A stretch of 64,000 nucleotides of DNA, taken from the IMG/VR virus record IMGVR_UViG_3300035698_024280. One strand, 5' to 3'. A program made the translations under genes and the position numbers. Shown one piece after another: positions 46,973 to 54,748 of this stretch. How positions within the stretch are numbered: the stretch's first letter is position 1; each line of letters starts with the position of its first letter. Source of the DNA: a virus. The notes beneath the pieces were generated by a model. That model had not been told where the DNA came from and did not search any database. It worked only from the letters and a program-made list of their open reading frames with translations.

Positions 46973-47222
46973 AATAATTAAAAATTAGTTCAGCTCCCCC
47001 ATCTTCGAAATAATTCCTCCCGAACCACGACGGAGCAAACTCGATCAAAGACGCAATTGTCTTCAATGCCTTCGTGTTATTCTCTTTAGCTCCTCTCATT
47101 GATGCAATCGCTTTGCATTGTGAAGCTCTCAATTGCCTGGCAAAATCAGAGAGAGGCAATTCAATCCTATCATTAAGTGTGAGAGTGGGCAGTGATAATT
47201 GCTTCATCAGCTCAGTATTCAT
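46956..47222 (-). CDS. Family B paralog
   Basis: FAPSWFGRNYFE..GAELI..YYE. Confidence 0.7.
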   Translation of the reverse strand: MNTELMKQLSLPTLTLNDRIELPLSDFARQLRASQCKAIASMRGAKENNTKALKTIASLIEFAPSWFGRNYFEDGGAELIFNYYEKIQ

Positions 47223-47409
47223 TTGTATATTGTTTATAGACGGGTTCTTCTATACCAGTGCCATCATCACCATTGTCGTCGAACCATCTTGCGGCATACT
47301 TAATCATCGAAGCAACATTATGTAGAGTGCTTTTATCAACTTCTTCGGTCACGGCCATCACTTCTAAAGCGTCATTGTGCACCTCTTCAAATCGTTTTTT
47401 CAAAATCAA
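47212..47409 (-). CDS. Family B paralog (short)
   Basis: ASMIKYAARWF. Confidence 0.65.
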   Translation of the reverse strand: MILKKRFEEVHNDALEVMAVTEEVDKSTLHNVASMIKYAARWFDDNGDDGTGIEEPVYKQYTNEY

Positions 47410-47478
47410 TAAAACTGTCCACGCTCCGATGATAATATTCGCAGCTGGCTTCTTCTGTTCTCCTGATACTCATAGGTG

Positions 47479-47811
47479 TTAAGTAACTTCCTGCAGATCT
47501 TTAATAAACGAACTCTGCCATACTATCTTTGAAATGATATCCTCCACCTTATCCTGAAACACCCGGAACGACTCCCCGGAGTTATAATGAACGAAATCAA
47601 ACACAGCGGCTAATTGATTTGCAGCATCTTGATCACCCTTCAAACCACCTCGTAATGATTCTAATGCAGCGGTCTGTACGTCAGCGAAATGATCAGTGAA
47701 ATCTACCCACGCGAAATCACAACGAAAATCATAGGAGAAAGTATCGCTTTCAACTGCCCTCATAATGCTTAATAATATGTGTTTCAAGACCCCCTTCAAT
47801 AGACCGTCCAT
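47479..47811 (-). CDS. Hypothetical protein, possibly a distant family B member
   Basis: Q.AALE.L...D.....QLAA. Confidence 0.6.
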   Translation of the reverse strand: MDGLLKGVLKHILLSIMRAVESDTFSYDFRCDFAWVDFTDHFADVQTAALESLRGGLKGDQDAANQLAAVFDFVHYNSGESFRVFQDKVEDIISKIVWQSSFIKDLQEVT

Positions 47812-47813
47812 CT

Positions 47814-48095
47814 TTATTTTCCATATCTTATTTTATCGCTGTCGAGCTCTAAGGTTTCATAATATCTATGAATGATGTCAACTTTAGAATCAAAATAGGT
47901 TGTAGCAAAAAAGGCTGGAGCACAGGCCAGCGCCCCGATCAGTCGATTTAAATCATCATGATCCGTCGGACCAGACTGTTCGAGTGCCTCTAATGACTCG
48001 GTCCGAGCTAAGCAAACTTCCGACGAAAATTTGCGAAGAGTCATCGCAGCTCGACAGTCAAATTGAGTAGCGGCGGATAATAATGATTGTGACAT
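47814..48095 (-). CDS. Family B paralog
   Basis: AP.FFATTYFDSK...YE..ELDS. Confidence 0.75.
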   Translation of the reverse strand: MSQSLLSAATQFDCRAAMTLRKFSSEVCLARTESLEALEQSGPTDHDDLNRLIGALACAPAFFATTYFDSKVDIIHRYYETLELDSDKIRYGK

Positions 48096-48096
48096 A

Positions 48097-48363
48097 CTAT
48101 AAATTATTGCTGTCGAGCTCTATGCTTTCGTAATGTTCACGGACGATGCCTAATTTTGAATCAAAGTAGGTCGTAGCAAATAAGCCTGGAGCCCACTTCA
48201 ACGCAGACACTAGTTGATTCAATGAATCATAATCCGTCGGGCCATGTTGACAAAATCCCTCTATTGCAGTCATACGCGCAATGCGAATTTGTGTAGTGAA
48301 GTCCCAAGGTATAGCCGGTTGCTTAGCAAGGCTACCCCAGGGGGATGATTTTGGGTGAGACAT
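48097..48363 (-). CDS. Family B paralog
   Basis: APGLFATTYFDSK...YESIELDS. Confidence 0.75.
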   Translation of the reverse strand: MSHPKSSPWGSLAKQPAIPWDFTTQIRIARMTAIEGFCQHGPTDYDSLNQLVSALKWAPGLFATTYFDSKLGIVREHYESIELDSNNL

Positions 48364-48371
48364 ACTATAAA

Positions 48372-48625
48372 TTATATCGCGGTGAAGCTTTCGAACCTGG
48401 TTCGAATGAGGTTAACTTTTGAATCAAAATAAAACTCACCGAAGAATATAGGAGCATACTTCATCGCAGACGCCAATTGATTTGAATCATCACAATCTGA
48501 CGGACCGTCCTGATCGAACAACTCTAATGCAACGTTCCGGGCCCTTCTGATTTGCTTAGAAAAGTCGTGCGTAGCGTTGCCTCCCGACGGTTGAACATAA
48601 TAGCAGAGTTTAATGATTGCGACAT
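48372..48625 (-). pseudogene. Frameshifted family B copy
   Basis: Near-identical to 48627..48908; 1-nt loss at cgc-ac-gac; the restored frame reads ...KYAPIFFGEFYFDSKVNLIRTRFESFTAI. Confidence 0.75.
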
Positions 48626-48626
48626 A

Positions 48627-48908
48627 CTATAAATTATATCGCGGTGAAGCTTTCGAACCTGGTTCGAATGAGGTTAACTTAAAGTTAACCAGGTTAACTT
48701 TTGAATCAAAGCAAAAATCACCGAAGAATCCAGGAGCATACTTCACCGCAGACGCCAATTGATTTAAATCATCACAATATGACAGATCATCCTGATCGAA
48801 CAACTCTAATGCAGCGTCTCGAGCCCTTCTGATTCGCGTAGAAAGGTCGCTTAGCAGTGCTGCTGCTCGATGGTCGAACATAATGAGGGAGTTTAATGAT
48901 TGCGACAT
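48627..48908 (-). CDS. Family B paralog with 20-nt palindromic insertion altering the C-terminus
   Basis: GGTTAACTTTAAGTTAACCT inserted relative to the adjacent copy. Confidence 0.7.
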   Translation of the reverse strand: MSQSLNSLIMFDHRAAALLSDLSTRIRRARDAALELFDQDDLSYCDDLNQLASAVKYAPGFFGDFCFDSKVNLVNFKLTSFEPGSKASPRYNL

Positions 48909-48916
48909 ACTATAAA

Positions 48917-49171
48917 TTATATCAGATATTCCAGCTCATAATGTTTATGAATAAGATCTGCGCCACCAACCTCCAAATAGGCATCTGCGAAGTAGCGATG
49001 GGCATGTTCTCCTACAGCCGCTAATTTATTAAAACTATCTCGATTTCCTTCATCGCTTTTAAGCTCCTCAGCAAAAGCGAATCTTAGATCATCGAGCTCG
49101 ACTGCTAATTCAGAAAGAGCCTGACTCGGTCGATGGTCAAACATAATGAGGGAGCTTAATGTTTTTGCCAT
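48917..49171 (-). CDS. Family B paralog, first in array
   Basis: SLIMFDHR shared with 48908; YF......GA.LI..HYE. Confidence 0.75.
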   Translation of the reverse strand: MAKTLSSLIMFDHRPSQALSELAVELDDLRFAFAEELKSDEGNRDSFNKLAAVGEHAHRYFADAYLEVGGADLIHKHYELEYLI

Positions 49172-49183
49172 ACTATAATTATA

Positions 49184-49390
49184 TCACTCTCTTCCGTCGC
49201 CAGGGAGCATTCCATATACCATACATATCTTAGTAGTGCGTAGAGCAGCAAGATACCCCCTATCGAAAGATTCCATCTGTAATTCGGACCCATTGGCTTC
49301 AATAAACTGTGCAATAAGGTTATCAATCAGCTGAGCTGCGTCCTCACGCTTCCATTCCACCGCCTCTTCTTTTTTATTTTCATCTTCCAT
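49184..49390 (-). CDS. Hypothetical protein
   Basis: 68 aa, co-oriented. Confidence 0.6.
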   Translation of the reverse strand: MEDENKKEEAVEWKREDAAQLIDNLIAQFIEANGSELQMESFDRGYLAALRTTKICMVYGMLPGDGRE

Positions 49391-49393
49391 ATC

Positions 49394-49720
49394 TTAGTTT
49401 ATTTCTCTCTCAGTGTCTGAGATAGCTGACAAATACCCCTGCTGATAACCAGTACCATAATGCTTAGCAGCGCCGGTGTTAAGTGCAGAAGCTGTAGCAG
49501 CATGGTTAATTGAATCAGCGCGTAGTTTACCGATTGAAGTTTTACAACTAGCGGGCCACTGAGGGCTTTTTTTAAGTATATCAATTGCCTCAGTGGCGCC
49601 GATATACCCACAGTAAAAGCCAGTGTGGTATTCTGCTAGACCTGTAGCAGCATCCTCTTCATCATCGATATCGTGGAAGCTTCCATTAGGAAAGTGAACT
49701 GGTGACTCTTTGTTCGGCAT
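49394..49720 (-). CDS. Hypothetical early protein
   Basis: Leaderless promoter; GY..GY motifs. Confidence 0.7.
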   Translation of the reverse strand: MPNKESPVHFPNGSFHDIDDEEDAATGLAEYHTGFYCGYIGATEAIDILKKSPQWPASCKTSIGKLRADSINHAATASALNTGAAKHYGTGYQQGYLSAISDTEREIN

Positions 49721-49747
49721 ACTATAATTATATAGGGGTTCCTAATA

Positions 49748-50053
49748 CTACGCAGGGTGATCCAGCTGAGCCTTAATGAGGAGTAAAATACCCTTTACTG
49801 TATCGAGTCTACCTCTACTATACGCATAGGCAAAGAGGGCGGGGTCTTCAGGTGCGCCTCGCATCCCGTTGAAGTCATTGTTTGCGTCGATGTTAAGTTC
49901 ATTTAAATCCGCCGCGCTTCGGGCCTCAGCTAATAGCTCTACTACCTCCGCTACAATATGAGTTATATCGGAGTCCCCTCTGTTGTCGCCTTCCGGTGTA
50001 TATTTGACACCATTTACTACAACAGAGGGGGCTGGGTTTCGCTCATTTTCCAT
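49748..50053 (-). CDS. Hypothetical early protein
   Basis: Start MENERN at promoter ATG. Confidence 0.7.
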   Translation of the reverse strand: MENERNPAPSVVVNGVKYTPEGDNRGDSDITHIVAEVVELLAEARSAADLNELNIDANNDFNGMRGAPEDPALFAYAYSRGRLDTVKGILLLIKAQLDHPA

Positions 50054-50088
50054 ACTATGATTATATAAGGGTTCCATACCCTAGGAGT

Positions 50089-50302
50089 GACACACTTACC
50101 TCAATACGGCTGTGCATAAAAAAATTCAGTGATTTAAGTATTTCTCGCAAAAAAGTAGAGACACACTTACCTCAATACGGCTGTGCATAAAAAAATTCGA
50201 GAATTGCCGTATTTTTTGTAAAAAAGGAGGGACACACTTACTTCAATACGGCAATAGGTCTCTATGCAAAAAAAAATTGAGCTATTGCCGTATTTCTCGA
50301 AG
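50089..50302. repeat. Three tandem ~71-bp noncoding repeats with internal inverted repeats
   Basis: GACACACTTAC(C/T)TCAATACGGC at 50089, 50160 and 50231; AATACGGC...GCCGTATT stems in units 2 and 3. Confidence 0.9.
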
Positions 50303-50359
50303 AACTCCCATCAGATCCACCCGGTTATTATATTCACCGCGCTCTCCACGAAGTTTCTG

Positions 50360-50590
50360 CTATTTTGTGAAGTTAACAGGAATATCGCCCCGTCTCCGTG
50401 CCCTGCGTGTTAGACGCTTTGCGGCCTTCTTACCAATAGGGCCATAAGCGTCTCCGTGGGGCTCATTACCTGACCAGATATCTATAGTCATCTTTCCACG
50501 TTGGACATCATTAATAAGGTCCTCCTTATCATCGGCTTCTATATCTCCACCTCTCATCCATCCTGGCAGTGCTCTTCTTGTTCTTGACAT
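50360..50590 (-). CDS. Small basic protein
   Basis: RTRRALPGWM N-terminus resembles that of 50608..50796. Confidence 0.6.
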   Translation of the reverse strand: MSRTRRALPGWMRGGDIEADDKEDLINDVQRGKMTIDIWSGNEPHGDAYGPIGKKAAKRLTRRARRRGDIPVNFTK

Positions 50591-50607
50591 TTGTTTATTC
50601 GTTAAAG

Positions 50608-50796
50608 TTATTCTTCGGTATTTGCGTTATAATCATTAAAGATGTCGCCTCTATCGTATTCATCACGTTCTAGTACGTCTGTATACTCTTCATCAGCTCT
50701 TTCTCTTTTATTGTTTGTGATAATAGCCATCCTCTCGTTAGATGAAATGTTTGCATCCTTTATCCACCATGGCATTGCTCTTGTTCTATTTTCCAT
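50608..50796 (-). CDS. Small protein
   Basis: RTRAMPWWI N-terminus. Confidence 0.55.
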   Translation of the reverse strand: MENRTRAMPWWIKDANISSNERMAIITNNKRERADEEYTDVLERDEYDRGDIFNDYNANTEE

Positions 50797-50923
50797 CTTC
50801 TTTTTGTTTGCAGGCTCTCTTATTAGACTCTTTCTTCTTATTAGGGAGACGCTTTGTTCCTTTATTTAGGACAAAAGCAGCTCCTCTCGCAAATGCCATT
50901 TTGTTTTTAAGAGCCCCTCTCAT
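50786..50923 (-). CDS. 45 aa very basic protein, missing from ORF track
   Basis: MRGALKNKMAFARGAAFVLNKGTKRLPNKKKESNKRACKQKEDGK; own promoter. Confidence 0.6.
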   Translation of the reverse strand: MRGALKNKMAFARGAAFVLNKGTKRLPNKKKESNKRACKQKEDGK

Positions 50924-50930
50924 ACTATTA

Positions 50931-51638
50931 TTATAATGAGGTTCCTTCGTTTGCCATTACAATCTCATCGATATCCAAGATGCGGAAGGTGGTGGGTCTT
51001 CTGTCATATCTGTGAGTGCAGTGCCAATGTCCTGCGTAGAAGTTCTTCACTACATTGTTTTCTGATAAGATTGAATATGCATTAAGCAGATCGGAACCTT
51101 CAGCAATCAAATCTCTCTTTAGATTACGATCTCCTTGCCGCACGAAGTGATTAATGAAGTCCCCTTCTCCTACAGGTCGAGGTGCAGCAAAGAGGGGTAC
51201 TGAGTGCGAGATGATTGTATCGATTCCTCTCACCTCTTTCAAGATCTCTTCGTTGTATTGGAACTCTTCCCCTCTCCACATGTTCTTACCTTCTACTCGT
51301 TGCAAGCGGTCTACTGATACTGCGCCCCCGAGAAATAGATAAGTACGGCTTCCTACAGTCTCTACGGAATAATCGGACATAAATTTCAACGCTCCATTGC
51401 CAAATCGTCTCCGTTCCTGATGAAAGATTGGGATGCTGTGGTTCCCACGATTAACTAGGCATCGCACTCCAGCATCATCTAGCCGCTTGCCGAGAGCTTC
51501 AAGTCTCTTGGGGTATGCTGTTGATCCGAAATCTCCAACACTAATAATAGTATCTCCCTTTTCAGCGTATTCGTCAATCCACTGTTTCACCGCATGAAAG
51601 GCGCCGTGAGTGTCTCCTATAATATATGTAGATGGCAT
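50931..51638 (-). CDS. Calcineurin-like metallophosphoesterase
   Basis: GDTHG, VGDFG, RGNH, GGA.SVD, ISH, GHWH. Confidence 0.9.
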   Translation of the reverse strand: MPSTYIIGDTHGAFHAVKQWIDEYAEKGDTIISVGDFGSTAYPKRLEALGKRLDDAGVRCLVNRGNHSIPIFHQERRRFGNGALKFMSDYSVETVGSRTYLFLGGAVSVDRLQRVEGKNMWRGEEFQYNEEILKEVRGIDTIISHSVPLFAAPRPVGEGDFINHFVRQGDRNLKRDLIAEGSDLLNAYSILSENNVVKNFYAGHWHCTHRYDRRPTTFRILDIDEIVMANEGTSL

Positions 51639-51889
51639 TAGTTCGAAATGCGGACGGTACCTGTAAATGGTATAAGGTTAGTTAGATAGTCGATGTTGTA
51701 CGACGTACCGACAGGTGCATCGCTCCGCGGATCATTAACAGTCTTCATTGTTATGCAGGCCGGCTTTCCCTTCCGATGAATTAGTAACGCTCTTCCGTCA
51801 GCGAGAATGAGGAAGATACTTTTAGTTTTGGTAGATTGCACCAAAGTCATTTTGGCATTGGGAGCAGTTGCTGCAAATGATGTTTTCAT
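51638..51889 (-). CDS. Small beta-rich protein, distant family A-like
   Basis: C-terminal PFTGTVRISN. Confidence 0.6.
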   Translation of the reverse strand: MKTSFAATAPNAKMTLVQSTKTKSIFLILADGRALLIHRKGKPACITMKTVNDPRSDAPVGTSYNIDYLTNLIPFTGTVRISN

Positions 51890-52158
51890 TAATTAGTGTT
51901 AAATTCGATTACCCCATTGAATAAGGAGTACTTAGGCTGTTCTGCCGCTGGTGTACCCTGGGGGCTATTTGTGTAAGCTGGAATCATCTGCCCAAGCTGT
52001 TTAGTTTTATCTTCAGTATACACTAGAAACTTCGCGCCTCTGAAGTTCATTAAATATACATCCCTACCACCGGTAGAAGATGTGACGAGGCACGGGGCCT
52101 GCGAAGTATCAAACTCTTCGTGGTCTATTCTTTCAGATATCATATTAAATGCAATCAA
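51889..52158 (-). CDS. Small beta-rich protein, paralog of 51638..51889
   Basis: LV.S......YL ... FNGVIEFNTN. Confidence 0.6.
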   Translation of the reverse strand: MIAFNMISERIDHEEFDTSQAPCLVTSSTGGRDVYLMNFRGAKFLVYTEDKTKQLGQMIPAYTNSPQGTPAAEQPKYSLFNGVIEFNTN

Positions 52159-52351
52159 TCCAAGAAATAGGAATAGTCAATTTTTTAAATCTAGTAAGTC
52201 TCACGGTCACTACTATTTCGTTTGAATATCTCCGGTCGAGCTTAATTACTGTTACTGCGCGAGGTAAGTGATGTCGTCCCTTTGGATTACTATCAATCCA
52301 TCGACTGATTGAAACCATATCCCCGACAATTAAATATGGATGTTCACTCAT
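52145..52351 (-). CDS. Small SH3/KOW-like protein
   Basis: L.VGD.V.I...V.V. Confidence 0.5.
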   Translation of the reverse strand: MSEHPYLIVGDMVSISRWIDSNPKGRHHLPRAVTVIKLDRRYSNEIVVTVRLTRFKKLTIPISWIDCI

Positions 52352-52353
52352 CT

Positions 52354-52599
52354 CTATGCAGGAGTATTATCTTCGTCTTCAATTTTACGAAAGCCCTTCG
52401 CTTTCAAAACAATATATGCTCCGGCAAATGTTTCTTCATCGCCTTTGCTACCATGTCGCATTTCTTCTTCAACCTCCTCTTCAATATCCTCACCAAATTC
52501 AATTCCAATTGAATCCAGCAGTGATGGGCCGCAGCCCGGATACGTCTCTAGGCCGAGGGATTCAATATATTCTTTATGTTTCCTAGCTGGTGCTTTCAT
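52354..52599 (-). CDS. Small acidic protein
   Basis: Co-oriented, 81 aa. Confidence 0.55.
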   Translation of the reverse strand: MKAPARKHKEYIESLGLETYPGCGPSLLDSIGIEFGEDIEEEVEEEMRHGSKGDEETFAGAYIVLKAKGFRKIEDEDNTPA

Positions 52600-52634
52600 A
52601 TAATCTTTATGGGTATTGGAGTTACTCTATTAAT

Positions 52635-52832
52635 TTAATATTTACTACGTTGGCGTTTCTTCTCTCCTTCTTTATTAAGCTCTGAGAGAGCATCTCCGAA
52701 GCCTAAGGCGATCAATTGCTCTTTCTTCGCTCGTGAGATGAACCGCCCTACCCCCTTACGGGGGACATTACCAATTGCTCCGGCAGCTTCAAGTTTAGTC
52801 CAGTTTGATTTAAGATCATCTTTATTCTTCAT
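52635..52832 (-). CDS. Small basic early protein
   Basis: Leaderless promoter. Confidence 0.65.
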   Translation of the reverse strand: MKNKDDLKSNWTKLEAAGAIGNVPRKGVGRFISRAKKEQLIALGFGDALSELNKEGEKKRQRSKY

Positions 52833-52839
52833 ACCTTAA

Positions 52840-53388
52840 TTATACGGGAGTTCCATTCCAACCGCAATCGCCGCAGCCGAGCAATCTACCCTCATCGAGT
52901 GCCGTCTCACCATCGTCGCAATCAGGGCAAATGCCCGTAGCTAGAGATAGCACAACAAGAGCTGCTTTATACTTAATTTTCTTTCTCTCTGACGGTGCAC
53001 CTAATAAGTTGTCTTGAATATCTGCAATCTTGATTACTGATGCAGTATAACTTCCAGACACTCGAAAAATATAACTATCATAAGACTCACCTACCTTATG
53101 TGTAATGTCGTTTACACCTTCACTGATAAAGTTGTCGAAGCCTTGCAATTCCTTTAAGGGGCAGTTGGTTTTCTCTAGGATATCATGCAACCACGCGATG
53201 GCAATTGCTTGGATACCTACCTCGCTTCTTTTCGCGACCCTCTCTGCAACCCGCGCTAGGTGAGCTGTCTCCAACTCACCACATCTCCTCTCTTGAACTC
53301 CGTGATGGGTCCGAGCAATCTTAATAGCTTTTGATAGAGCTAGAAAATGTGGGGTCGGGTCGGATCTCGCCCATGTAGGTGCTGTCAT
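52840..53388 (-). CDS. HD-domain protein (SpoT/MESH1 alarmone hydrolase-like) with C-terminal Zn ribbon
   Basis: A..IA...H..Q.R, H...VA, WLHDILEKT, KIADI.DN; CPDC...CGDC. Confidence 0.75.
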   Translation of the reverse strand: MTAPTWARSDPTPHFLALSKAIKIARTHHGVQERRCGELETAHLARVAERVAKRSEVGIQAIAIAWLHDILEKTNCPLKELQGFDNFISEGVNDITHKVGESYDSYIFRVSGSYTASVIKIADIQDNLLGAPSERKKIKYKAALVVLSLATGICPDCDDGETALDEGRLLGCGDCGWNGTPV

Positions 53389-53418
53389 ACTATTATTATA
53401 AAGGGGCTCCGAAAAAAT

Positions 53419-53489
53419 TGCCCTTTCAGGAATCGAACCCGCATCAGCGTACACTATTTGCACACCGCTCTGCCATTGAGCTAGAGGAC
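53419..53489 (-). pseudogene. Degenerate tRNA-like copy related to 53702..53772
   Basis: D arm and T loop (GGGTTCGATTCC) retained; acceptor mismatches; anticodon loop AATAG not canonical. Confidence 0.55.
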
Positions 53490-53555
53490 TTAAAGTAAAT
53501 GTATATTAAGAGCTAATAGCTCTATATTATAGAGGATGTTACCATCCGGAAAAGG

Positions 53556-53629
53556 TGCACCAGGTCGGGCTTGAACCGACGACCTAGTTTTTATGAGAAA
53601 CCCGCTCTAACCAACTGAGCTACTGGTGC
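53556..53629 (-). tRNA. tRNA-CAU, probably Ile2 (lysidine type) rather than Met
   Basis: Perfect cloverleaf: GCACCAG/CTGGTGC, loop CT-CAT-AA; C4-G69 and C5-G68 pairs; no encoded CCA (ACCT). Confidence 0.88.
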
Positions 53630-53701
53630 AAAAAGTTTTTGTTTTTTATTTATGGATTAATTTCATTTACCATATTATTATTATAAAGGGGTTCCGAAAA
53701 A

Positions 53702-53772
53702 AGGTCCTTGTAGGAATCGAACCCACATCATTGCAGTACAAATGCACTGCTCTACCGTTGAGCTAAAGGACC
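53702..53772 (-). tRNA. tRNA-Thr(UGU)
   Basis: GGTCCTT/AAGGACC acceptor, loop TT-TGT-AC, T arm GTGGG-TTCGATT-CCTAC; G27-A43 mismatch. Confidence 0.75.
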
Positions 53773-53799
53773 GTTTATTCATTTATTAAAGTTAAGCTT

Positions 53800-54468
53800 T
53801 CAGCGGGGTGCTGTAAGAGGTCCCATCGCTCTCTTTTTTGCGCGTGATGAAGGAGGTACATCAGGTAACGTAGTACTTTCTGCAAATGCAACCGCATCTA
53901 ATACGACCGGGTCTCCCATAGCGTCGTAATAGGTTCGATCGATCTCTCTACCCGCTGGGTCTAGAGTATGTAAAATGAGATTATGTTCGCGGGTATGTAA
54001 CAGCATAAAGTTATATGCGAGAGAAAAAGTATTAAACATTCTCAACCCTGCATGACTACCATCGGGAGATGAGATTGCATACATATTACCTTTAAATTTC
54101 ATAGGCTCTAGAGGGGGAGCGTTTTGAATGTGGAATGAGATTTGAAAGCAGGTGTGTATCTCTGTAGCCTTTAGCACTCGCCTGAGCTGATGACCACCAA
54201 CAATCATATGGGCGGGGTACTGCTCCAACAAGCCGCTAACAATATTATCTACCACATTTAGAGGTATTTTTGTATGTAGGGAAATTGTCCTCTCGCGGCA
54301 CTCTGGGCTGCTTAAGGTAACAATATCGAAAGCCTCGGAAAAATTAATCGCTTCAATACAGCAGTCATCTTTATTGTCATCCGAGTCAGTTATCTCCCGA
54401 ATATCTGAGATACTTGGATCAGGGATTGCATCAATATCCTTATATAGATCGTTATCTTTAATTTTCAT
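53800..54468 (-). CDS. Hypothetical early protein
   Basis: 222 aa; leaderless promoter. Confidence 0.7.
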   Translation of the reverse strand: MKIKDNDLYKDIDAIPDPSISDIREITDSDDNKDDCCIEAINFSEAFDIVTLSSPECRERTISLHTKIPLNVVDNIVSGLLEQYPAHMIVGGHQLRRVLKATEIHTCFQISFHIQNAPPLEPMKFKGNMYAISSPDGSHAGLRMFNTFSLAYNFMLLHTREHNLILHTLDPAGREIDRTYYDAMGDPVVLDAVAFAESTTLPDVPPSSRAKKRAMGPLTAPR

Positions 54469-54493
54469 AATATTATTATACAGGGGTTACTTC

Positions 54494-54748
54494 TTAATCA
54501 AAAAGTACAGACTCTACCCAGTCTCTATCTACCCCTGGCATCGCGGGTAAGACTGTATCCTCAGGTACAGCATCTACCCACTCTAAGAGTGCTAAAGCCA
54601 CCGCTCGAACTTCAGATAATACTGTCAGTGAGGTAGCCATTAATTTTATCTGATCGGGGATATTATCTGCCGCGGCCTGATATCCATCCGGGATCAAAGA
54701 CGAGAGTTGACCCTCTAAGGTCGGTGGTGTATTTGAAACGGCTCTCAT
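54494..54748 (-). CDS. Hypothetical early protein
   Basis: Leaderless promoter; LLEW.DA.P....AMPG.DRDW. Confidence 0.7.
   Translation of the reverse strand: MRAVSNTPPTLEGQLSSLIPDGYQAAADNIPDQIKLMATSLTVLSEVRAVALALLEWVDAVPEDTVLPAMPGVDRDWVESVLFD

Noticed and set aside
50089-50302. Mini-CRISPR array (39-nt repeat, 32-nt spacers)
   Set aside because: The putative spacers are about 21/32 identical to each other and complete the hairpin of the repeat; no cas genes seen. Treated as a tandem repeat.
36330-53463. ORF-track N-terminal extensions such as EPLYNNSM and EPPYNYSM
   Set aside because: These are translations of the promoter motif; the true starts are the ATG 6 nt after TATAAT.
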